From: Trueperaceae bacterium
GTDB lineage: Bacteria; Deinococcota; Deinococci; Deinococcales; Trueperaceae
DNA: 64,000 nucleotides
Direction of reading: 5' to 3'
Assembly (NCBI GenBank): GCA_034520945.1
Contig: JAXHNB010000005.1
Coordinates: 288,001 to 352,000, forward strand
Shown here: positions 56,457 to 64,000 of the stretch, in pieces
Numbering within the stretch: the first letter of the stretch is position 1
Layout of the letters: the number at the start of each line of letters is the position of its first letter
Notes under the pieces: generated by a model
The model's database searches: none
What the model was told of the DNA's origin: nothing
The model's input: the letters and a program-made list of their open reading frames with translations, nothing else
Program-made: the position numbers and the translations under genes

Positions 56457-57326
56457 ATGGTGCGACGGGTACCCACCGCACGACTCCTGATCGACTGCCC
56501 GGATCGTCCCGGCATCGTCGCCGCCGTGTCCGGGTTCCTCTTCGCCCGCGGCGCCAACGTGCTGGACGCCCGGCAACACTCCACCGACCCCGAGGGCGGG
56601 ACCTTCTTCATGCGGATGGCGTTCCGACCTGAGCGGCCGGACGTCGACCGGGAGGCGTTGGCCGAGGCGTTCGCGCGAGAGGTGGCGCAGCCGTTCGGGA
56701 TGCGCTGGCGGATCGCCTGGTCGGACGTACCGAAACGGATGGCGATCCTGGCGTCCAAGGCCGACCACGCCCTCCTCGAGCTACTGTGGCGCTGGCGCAA
56801 CGGCGAGCTGAGCGCCGACCTGCGGGTCGTGGCCTCCAATCACGACCGCTTGCGCGGCGTGGTGGGGGACTTCGGCGTACCGTTCCACCACCTCCCGATC
56901 GGCGACGACGGCCGCGAGGCGCAAGAGGCGGCCCTGCGCACGCTCCTGTTGGAGGAGGGGGTGGAGCTGGTCGTGCTGGCGCGCTACATGCAGATCCTCG
57001 GCCCCGCCTTCGTGGCCACCTGGCCGGACCGCATCGTCAACATCCACCATTCGTTCCTCCCCGCCTTCGTCGGAGCGAATCCCTACCGCCAGGCGTACGA
57101 GCGGGGCGTGAAGCTGATCGGCGCAACGGCGCACTACGTCACCGACGACCTCGACGAGGGGCCGATCATCGCCCAGGACGTGGTGCGCGTCAGCCACCGG
57201 CAGTCGCTGCGGGACCTGGTGCAACTCGGCAGCGAAGTCGAACGGACGGTGTTGGCCAGAGCGGTGGCGGCCCACCTCCGAGATGCCATCCTCGTGCACG
57301 GAAACAAGACCGTGGTATTCGACTGA
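56457..57326 (+). CDS. purU: Formyltetrahydrofolate deformylase
   Basis: ACT domain CPDRPGIVA, LARYMQIL, NIHHSFLPAF, GVKLIGATAHYVT, GNKTVVF. Confidence 0.96.
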   Translation: MVRRVPTARLLIDCPDRPGIVAAVSGFLFARGANVLDARQHSTDPEGGTFFMRMAFRPERPDVDREALAEAFAREVAQPFGMRWRIAWSDVPKRMAILASKADHALLELLWRWRNGELSADLRVVASNHDRLRGVVGDFGVPFHHLPIGDDGREAQEAALRTLLLEEGVELVVLARYMQILGPAFVATWPDRIVNIHHSFLPAFVGANPYRQAYERGVKLIGATAHYVTDDLDEGPIIAQDVVRVSHRQSLRDLVQLGSEVERTVLARAVAAHLRDAILVHGNKTVVFD

Positions 57327-57479
57327 GCCCGCCGCCGCGCCGCGCCCGGGCGTGCCGGCCGCCGCCCGCGGCCCCGCCGCCCACTGCGAGGCGCGGTTGG
57401 CACCGCGCGCAGCCGGCGCGCTACCCTGAGATCGTCGCACCGGGGGGAGCCCCGTACTCCGAGAGGACCGAACCGTTCC

Positions 57480-58037
57480 ATGAGAACCCATCAGATTCGT
57501 ATCGGACGCGTCACGCGAGACCTGCCCGTCATCGACGTCGGGGGGGTGTCCGTCGCCCTCCTGAACCTGCTGGGCGACACCGAGTTGGTCGAAGCGGCCG
57601 CGGCGGAGCTGGCCGAGGCGATGCCCGCCGGGATCGAAGCGTTGATCACGCCCGAGGTCAAGGCCGTGCCCCTCGCCCACGCCCTGTCGCGCATCACGGG
57701 TCTGCCCTACGTGGTGGTGCGCAAGACGGAGAAGCCCTACATGGTGGACGCCGTGAAGCGCAGCGTGCGTTCGATCACCACCGGTCGGCCGCAGGACCTG
57801 GTGTTGGACGGCGGCGACGTGCCTCGCCTCAAAGGCCGCCGGGTGGCGATCGTCGACGACGTCGTCTCCACCGGCGGTACGCTTCACGGGCTGCACGACC
57901 TGCTGGCGGAGGTCGAGGCGGTGGTCGCCGCCACCCTGGTGGTGTTCACCGAGGGTGAACCGCGCGATGATGTCGTGTCGCTCGGCCACCTGCCGCTGTA
58001 CCCCGCCCAGGACGAGCCCACCTCGCCGGGGGCATGA
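57480..58037 (+). CDS. Type I phosphoribosyltransferase (Apt/Xpt-like)
   Basis: EVKAVPL, VVRK..KPYM, PRPP motif [13 protein letters not shown]. Confidence 0.88.
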   Translation: MRTHQIRIGRVTRDLPVIDVGGVSVALLNLLGDTELVEAAAAELAEAMPAGIEALITPEVKAVPLAHALSRITGLPYVVVRKTEKPYMVDAVKRSVRSITTGRPQDLVLDGGDVPRLKGRRVAIVDDVVSTGGTLHGLHDLLAEVEAVVAATLVVFTEGEPRDDVVSLGHLPLYPAQDEPTSPGA

Positions 58038-58038
58038 C

Positions 58039-60390
58039 GTGAGCGGCGCCGCCTCTGCCGGGCGGGTGCACGCCGACGAGGTGGCCACGCGGGCCCTCGC
58101 CGAGCGGGCCGCGGGCAGCCTGCGGGAGCATGACGCGCACCAGGCCGCGCGTGCGCTGGCGCGCATGGCCGGGGCGCGACCCGTCGACGGCGTCGCCGAG
58201 TTCGGCGTGTGGCTGCCCCAGTGCACCGGCCGGGGGGACAAGGTCGAGGTCGAGATCCTTCAACCGCACGAGGAGGTGCGCCTGGGGGAGACGCAGCGGA
58301 TCCCGGTGGCGCGACATCGCTTCGAGATGACGCAAACCGGGGGGTGGGCCTGGCTGGCGGTGCGTGGCCTTCGGCCGGGCGAGCGGGACGTCCTCGGCGC
58401 GCTCTACCGCTTCGTGGCGACGCATGAGGACGGGCGCGAAGCGCGTTGGGGCGATCCGTTGGCCACCTCGCTGCCGTTCGGCCTCGAGGGGCCGGCCGAG
58501 CTGTACGACCTGGACCGGCTCCAGGTGCATCGCGCCGACGCCGAGTTCTTCCGGCGCGTCGGCATCGGCGGGGACGGCAGCGAGGACGGGATCCCCCGCT
58601 TCGGTCCGCCCGGTCACGTACTGCAGGTGCACGTCGGTACCGCGACGCACGGCGGGACGATCGCGGACCTCGCCGACCTGTACCGCGCGCTGGCCGACAA
58701 GGCGCGCCGCGGCGAGACGCCCACCCCGGCGGAGCGGGTGTTTTTGGGCTACGACGCGGTGCAGCTCCTCCCCGTCGAGCCCGTGCCGGCCCATTCGGGC
58801 GACCCACCGCGTTTCGCGGTGCGTGAAGACGAGGACGGGCTCGTCGTGCAGCTGGGCGGGTCCGAGGTCCGCAACTGGGGGTACGACGCCACCGTGTTCG
58901 GGGCCGCCGCGATCGAACCGTCGCTGCTGCGGAGCGGCCGCCCGGACGAGCTCGCCGACCTGGCCGGCGTCCTGCACGCGTTTCCCGGCAAGCCGATCCG
59001 ATTGATCGTCGACCTGGTGCTCTCGCACGCCCACGCCGTGGCCGCCGGCCTCCTGCCGCCGGCCTTCTTCGCGGGCGAGGGGCCGTACGGGCTCGAGCTC
59101 GCGTTGCACGACCCGACCGTGCGCGCCGTCCTCCTCGAGCTCCAACGCCGCAAGGTCGACTTCGGGGCGGACGGCGTCCGCATCGACGCGGCGCAGGATT
59201 TCCGGGTCCCCGGCAGCGATGGAGGCGCCGTGCACGACGACGGATTCCTGCAGGAGATGAGCGACGTGGTGCAGTGCGTCGCCGACGTCCACTACCACGC
59301 GTTCATGATCTTCGAGGACGGGCGGCCCTGGCCCCGGCGCGACTGGCCGACCGCGGCGACCTACCTGGACGTCGCCGAGGTCCAGCCGCACGCCTTTCAA
59401 TGGGGACCGCTGACCTTCGCCCACAACACGCCGTGCGTGGAGGGGTTCTGGGCCAGCAGTTGGTGGCGCATCGAGGAGAGCGCGCGCCACGGGCAGCGCT
59501 GGATCTCCGGCTGCGCCAATCACGACACCCTGCGCCGGGCGTACCAGACGCCGCCGTGGCTGCCGCTCAACCGCCGGCTGGGACGGGACCCCCCGGAGAT
59601 CCTGCGCCGCGCCTACGACCACGTGGCGGCCGACCTGCTGTTCTACGGGGTGCTTCCCGGCGTGCCGATGACCTTCCTGGCGGCCGCGATGGGAGCGCCG
59701 TGGGCGTTCTTTCGCTCCAGCGATCACGCCCTGGCTCCCAGGCTGGCGGCGGACGAGGCGGACGTGCTGTCCTGGCGCTTCCGGGACGAGGACTACGCCA
59801 GCGAGGGCGCCTTCGCGCGCCTCAAGGGGCTCGGCTTCGCGCGGCGGACCGACGCCGAGACGTTCTTCCTGGGGCTCCGTCCGCTCCTCGCGGACGGCGG
59901 GCTGGCGCCCGACGCGCTGGCGGAGGCGGCCGGGGCGGCGGAGGTGCCGATGCCGTTCTCTCCCTCCGGCGCGGCGTTGGTGCGCGCCTCGCGGGCGTTC
60001 ATGCTGGACCTGGCGGACGCCTGCGTGGTGTGGCGTGCCGAGGATGACCTCGTGCCCGAGCGGGTCGACGCGTTGCGGGCGCTGCGTGCCGTGCGGGCCG
60101 CACGTCCGTGGTTGCGCCGTCCGCTACGGGACGGCGAGAGCGTGGCGCGCCGGGTGGGATTGGACGGCGGCCTGCGCGTGCACGGCCTCCGGCACGCGCC
60201 GGACGGGGGGGAGAGCCTCGGACTGATCGCCAACCTCGAGGGCGATCCGGTCGAACTCGTACCCGAGGCGGTCCTGGGGGCAGCGCCGTGGCAGGTGCTG
60301 GTGGCGGCGCCGGGCGTCGGCTTCGAGGCGCCCGACCGGCCGATGGTGCTCAGGAACGCAGAAGGCGTGCTTCTTCACCACGGCGGCTAG
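58039..60390 (+). CDS. Glucosylglycerol hydrolase-like protein (GghA; GH13-related fold)
   Basis: GYDAVQLLPVEP, NWGYD, DGVRIDAAQDF, IFEDGRPWP, FQWGPLTFAHNTP, SGCANHDT. Family assigned by recall of GghA motifs. Confidence 0.75.
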   Translation: MSGAASAGRVHADEVATRALAERAAGSLREHDAHQAARALARMAGARPVDGVAEFGVWLPQCTGRGDKVEVEILQPHEEVRLGETQRIPVARHRFEMTQTGGWAWLAVRGLRPGERDVLGALYRFVATHEDGREARWGDPLATSLPFGLEGPAELYDLDRLQVHRADAEFFRRVGIGGDGSEDGIPRFGPPGHVLQVHVGTATHGGTIADLADLYRALADKARRGETPTPAERVFLGYDAVQLLPVEPVPAHSGDPPRFAVREDEDGLVVQLGGSEVRNWGYDATVFGAAAIEPSLLRSGRPDELADLAGVLHAFPGKPIRLIVDLVLSHAHAVAAGLLPPAFFAGEGPYGLELALHDPTVRAVLLELQRRKVDFGADGVRIDAAQDFRVPGSDGGAVHDDGFLQEMSDVVQCVADVHYHAFMIFEDGRPWPRRDWPTAATYLDVAEVQPHAFQWGPLTFAHNTPCVEGFWASSWWRIEESARHGQRWISGCANHDTLRRAYQTPPWLPLNRRLGRDPPEILRRAYDHVAADLLFYGVLPGVPMTFLAAAMGAPWAFFRSSDHALAPRLAADEADVLSWRFRDEDYASEGAFARLKGLGFARRTDAETFFLGLRPLLADGGLAPDALAEAAGAAEVPMPFSPSGAALVRASRAFMLDLADACVVWRAEDDLVPERVDALRALRAVRAARPWLRRPLRDGESVARRVGLDGGLRVHGLRHAPDGGESLGLIANLEGDPVELVPEAVLGAAPWQVLVAAPGVGFEAPDRPMVLRNAEGVLLHHGG

Positions 60391-60462
60391 CGTCGCCACG
60401 ATGCCGGGCCGGGGCGCACGAGCGGTGCTAGCCTAAGCCTCGTTCGCCGCGAGGAGGCTCAC

Positions 60463-62292
60463 GTGAGCGAGGACGCCAAGGAACGGATCCGCGACGCCCT
60501 CGATCTGGCGGAGGTCGTCGGCGAGACGGTCGCCCTCAAGCCGGCGGGGCGTGAACGCCTCAAGGGGCTGTGCCCGTTCCACGCCGAGAAGACGCCGTCG
60601 TTCCACGTGCACACCGGTCGCGGGTTCTACTATTGCTTCGGCTGCGGGGCGAAAGGCGACCTGTTCGACTTCGTGATGCAGACCCAGGGAATCGACTTCG
60701 CCGACGCGTTGGTGACGTTGGGCCGGCGCGCGGGGGTGGAGGTGGAGCCCGCCGCCCCCAAGTCGGGCCGCCGCCGCGACCTGGTGCGCGTCAACGAGAT
60801 GGCGCTGGCCTGGTTCCGGTCGCACCTGGAGGGACCGGCCCGGGACTACCTGCTGGGGCGTGGGCTGAGCGAGGAGAGCCTCGACGTCTGGGAGCTGGGC
60901 TTCGCCCCCGAGGGATGGGACGGGCTGCTCCGGCACGCCCTGACGAAGGGGTACAAGGACGACGACCTGCTGGCGGCCGGCCTGTTGGCCGAGAACGAAC
61001 GGGGCCGCCGCTACGACCGCTTCCGCGGCCGGGTGATGTTCCCGATCCGGGACCGGTTGGGCCGCCTGGTGGGGTTCGCGGGCCGGGTGCTGGACGACGG
61101 CGTGCCGAAGTACCTGAACACCCCCGACACCGAACTGTTCGAAAAGGGCACCCTGCTGTACGGTTTGGACCGCGCCAAGAAGGCCGTGCGGGAGCGGAGC
61201 GAGTGCCTGGTGGTCGAGGGGTACCTGGACGTGATCGCGCTGCACCAGACCGGGTTTCCGTACGCCGTGGCGGTGCTGGGGGCCAACCTCACCGCCGAGC
61301 AGGCCCAGGAGCTGGCCCGGCTCGACGTGCAGCGCGTCACCCTGGCCTTCGACGCGGACGAGGCCGGCCAGCGGGCGGTGCTGGCCGGTCTGGACCAGGC
61401 GGTGGGGCGGCGCTTCCTGGTGCGGGCGGCGACGGTGCCGGAGGGCAAGGATCCCGCCGACGCCGTCCTGGGTGGCCACGTGGAGGCGTTCCGCGCGGCA
61501 TTGGAGCGCGGCGCGTCCGCCGTGGCGTACCGGTTCGAACGCGTCCTGAGCCAGCACGATGCCCGTACCCCCGAGGGCCGCAAGGCGATCCTCGAGGCGC
61601 TGGAGTCCTCCTTGACACCGCGCGACGTGGTCGATCCGGTGGCGGACGAGACCCGGCGGCTCGTGATCGATCGTCTGGGCCTCGACGGCGCCCGCCTGGA
61701 CGCCTGGATCGAGGGGCGCCGCCGGCGCCCGCTGGACGAGACGCAGGTGGAGGGCATGCGCGTGCGCAAGGAGGTGCACTCCCGCGTCGAGGCGATCGAG
61801 ATCGAGCTGATGGCGGTGCTGCTCGGCGAGCCTTCGCGGCTGCGGGCGCGGCTGGGAACGGTGTTGGCCGCCCTCCCGCCCGAGCTGGAGCCATCTAGGC
61901 TGCGGACCTTCGCGGAGGTGTGTGCCGAGGAGGGGTACGACGCCGACGCCGTGCTGGCGCGCTACCGGGCGCGGGAGGAGGGCCAGGAGCTGTTCGAGCG
62001 CCTGTTCACCTTCGAGGCGGAGGAGGACGACCGGCGGTCGCGCACCGATCGCCACCTCGAGACCAGCCTGTCGCGCCTGCGGGAGTTGGTCGTGCAGCGC
62101 GGCACCGACGAGGTGCGCCGGCGCCTGCACGAGCGCATGACCGAACTTCGGCGGACGCTGGCCCAGCCGGACCTGGACCCGGACGTGCTTCACGAGTGCT
62201 ACCAGGAGTTGGCCCGGCTTCAGGCCGGCCTGGCGGCGCGGGAGGCCGAACGGCGCGTACGCCTGCCCGCGCCGCGCGCGCGGCGGCGTTGA
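60463..62292 (+). CDS. dnaG: DNA primase
   Basis: [45 protein letters not shown]. Confidence 0.97.
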   Translation: MSEDAKERIRDALDLAEVVGETVALKPAGRERLKGLCPFHAEKTPSFHVHTGRGFYYCFGCGAKGDLFDFVMQTQGIDFADALVTLGRRAGVEVEPAAPKSGRRRDLVRVNEMALAWFRSHLEGPARDYLLGRGLSEESLDVWELGFAPEGWDGLLRHALTKGYKDDDLLAAGLLAENERGRRYDRFRGRVMFPIRDRLGRLVGFAGRVLDDGVPKYLNTPDTELFEKGTLLYGLDRAKKAVRERSECLVVEGYLDVIALHQTGFPYAVAVLGANLTAEQAQELARLDVQRVTLAFDADEAGQRAVLAGLDQAVGRRFLVRAATVPEGKDPADAVLGGHVEAFRAALERGASAVAYRFERVLSQHDARTPEGRKAILEALESSLTPRDVVDPVADETRRLVIDRLGLDGARLDAWIEGRRRRPLDETQVEGMRVRKEVHSRVEAIEIELMAVLLGEPSRLRARLGTVLAALPPELEPSRLRTFAEVCAEEGYDADAVLARYRAREEGQELFERLFTFEAEEDDRRSRTDRHLETSLSRLRELVVQRGTDEVRRRLHERMTELRRTLAQPDLDPDVLHECYQELARLQAGLAAREAERRVRLPAPRARRR

Positions 62293-62377
62293 GGCGCGGG
62301 ACGCGGCCGGGCGGGTCGGCGGCCACGAAGCCCGTCATGATCGGGCGTGCGGGGCGTCGTGTCGGGCCGCGCGCGAA

Positions 62378-62407
62378 TTGACACCCCTTTTCAGCTGCTG
62401 GTATCCT
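62378..62407 (+). promoter_or_regulatory. Sigma-A promoter of the V/A-type ATPase operon
   Basis: TTGACA, 18 nt spacer, TATCCT preceded by an extended TG. Confidence 0.75.
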
Positions 62408-62531
62408 CGCTCGGCAGCGCGCGGGGCGCGAATTCGCGCCCCGCCCGTGCGACTGCATCACCTCGCAGAACCCACCGCCACCACCCGAGCCGTGACAGGG
62501 TCGCGTGCCGTCGGAACGAGAGGAGGGGCGT

Positions 62532-62852
62532 TTGGACGCTCAGGGAGACAACCTGCTGAAACGCCTCGTCGAACAGGAGAGCGACCTTGCCGGCAAGGTC
62601 GAGGCGGCACGCGCGCAGGCTCGCGAGATCGAGAGCGACGCGCGCGCCAAGGCCGACAAGCTTCTGGACGAGGCCCGCGAGAAGGCGAAGTCCGTGAGCG
62701 AGGAGCACGCCCGCGCCGGCGAGCGCGAGGCCAAGGAGGAGCGTGACAACGTCCTGGCACGCGCCGAAGCGGACGCGGAACGGATCCGCAACCGTGCGCG
62801 CGAGAACCGTGATGCGGCGGTCGAGCTGGTGATGGAGCGCATCTTGCCATGA
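62532..62852 (+). CDS. V/A-type ATP synthase subunit G (H) peripheral stalk
   Basis: TTG start after AGGAGG; charged coiled coil ending AVELVMERILP; first gene before subunit I. Confidence 0.85.
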   Translation: MDAQGDNLLKRLVEQESDLAGKVEAARAQAREIESDARAKADKLLDEAREKAKSVSEEHARAGEREAKEERDNVLARAEADAERIRNRARENRDAAVELVMERILP

Positions 62853-64000
62853 TCGCCCCGATGGATCGACTCACCATCGTGGGCAGGCGCGGGAACGCGC
62901 GCGAGGCGCTGCAAGCGTTGCAGAGCCTCGGCGTGGTGCAGATCGATCCGCTCGAACCCAGTGAGGGCGCCGCCCTGGCCCGCAACCGGTTGGAGGGGAC
63001 CGATCGCGACGAGGCCGATCGCTGGTCCGCCGCGCTGACGCGCCTCCGAACCGTGCGCGAGACGCTCGGAATCGAAGACGCGGCCCCCGCCCCCCGCAAC
63101 CAGGCCCCCACCACGCTGGACCAGATCGAGAACCACCTGGACGACGTCGCCACGCAGGTCGACCAGCTGGTGGCGGACGCCGGCCAAGCGCGCGACGAGC
63201 GTGAGACGGTCGACGCGTGGCTGCCGGTGTTCCGCCTGCTGGCCCCCACGCTGGCACAACTCGAAGAGAGCCGATTCCTGGCGGGCGTCCCGTTCCTGGT
63301 GCCCAGTGATCAACTGCCGGCCGTCGAGGCCCAGCTGGAGGAGGACCTGGAGGAACGGGTCCTCCTCACGCACCGAAGCTACGGCCAGCAGCGCCTGGCG
63401 GTGGCCGTCGCGCTCCGCAAGGACGTGGACGAGGTCCGGTCCTCGCTGGGACGGGCGGGCGTCGCGCCGCTGAGCCTGCCGGGCCGCTACGGCCATCTGG
63501 ATACCGCCAAGGCGGTGCACCTGATGGAGGAGCGCTCGCAGCAGCTGCCGAAGCGGGAGGCGTCGCTGGAGCAGCAGCGCGCCAAGCTCGCGGAGCAGCA
63601 CGGAGCCACGCTGGCCACGGTGCATGCCATCGTCCGCAACTACCACGATCGCATGGAGCGGTTGCAGGACCTGGCGCACGGGCGGTACGCCTTCGCGTTG
63701 CAGGGCTGGGTGCCGAGCGACGAGGCGGGCAAGGTGCGTGACGGTCTGCAGAAGCAGTTCGGCGAGAACCTGGTGATCGAGCACCGCTCCGCGGACGAGC
63801 ATCACGACACCGGCGTGCCGGTGAAGCTGGACAATCCCGGCTGGATGCGGCCGTTCCAGGGGCTGCTGTCGTTGTTCGCGCCTCCGCGTTACGGGGGCTT
63901 CGATCCGACCTGGACGTTGGCGACGTTCTTTCCGCTGTTCTTCGGGATCGTGGTCGGCGATATCGCCTACGGCCTGCTGTTCCTGGCGGTCGGCCTGTGG
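62849..64000 (+). CDS. V/A-type ATP synthase subunit I (runs off the window)
   Basis: MIAPMDRLTIVG..LQALQSLGVVQID..FALQGWVP..VPVKLDNP..PPRYGGFDPT..FFPLFFGIVVGDIAYG. Confidence 0.93.
   Translation, partial: MIAPMDRLTIVGRRGNAREALQALQSLGVVQIDPLEPSEGAALARNRLEGTDRDEADRWSAALTRLRTVRETLGIEDAAPAPRNQAPTTLDQIENHLDDVATQVDQLVADAGQARDERETVDAWLPVFRLLAPTLAQLEESRFLAGVPFLVPSDQLPAVEAQLEEDLEERVLLTHRSYGQQRLAVAVALRKDVDEVRSSLGRAGVAPLSLPGRYGHLDTAKAVHLMEERSQQLPKREASLEQQRAKLAEQHGATLATVHAIVRNYHDRMERLQDLAHGRYAFALQGWVPSDEAGKVRDGLQKQFGENLVIEHRSADEHHDTGVPVKLDNPGWMRPFQGLLSLFAPPRYGGFDPTWTLATFFPLFFGIVVGDIAYGLLFLAVGLW

Overview
High-GC chromosomal core-genome window from a Deinococcota (Deinococcus-Thermus) bacterium, most plausibly a Trueperaceae-like lineage. 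The assignment rests on the large lineage-type insert in RpoC, Thermus-like L33/RpoB/CarD motifs, a V/A-type ATPase and many leaderless-type promoters. Contents: a tatA-tatC-CM/DAHPS-ferredoxin cluster; a four-tRNA/tuf operon; rpmG-secE-nusG-rplKA-rplJL-rpoBC; two CarD paralogues; groESL; gpmI; recF-dciA; sufSU; punA-yggS-divIVA; an Omp85 protein; ychF; hom-thrC; rsmA; osmC; ruvB; purU; a GghA-like hydrolase; dnaG; and the start of the V-ATPase operon. I found no CRISPR array, prophage or transposase. The strongest anomaly is the tuf CDS (5240-6457). Exactly between its start and stop codons it is almost purged of synonymous C and A (about 12 of 405 codons end in C by my hand count, with no CTG), whereas flanking same-strand genes are C3-rich. 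This suggests a strand-biased, homology-confined mutation or gene-conversion process. Other notable points are a GH1 beta-glucosidase relic hollowed out by two internal deletions, HAIR-like plus CIRCE operators at groESL, and several unusual domain architectures.
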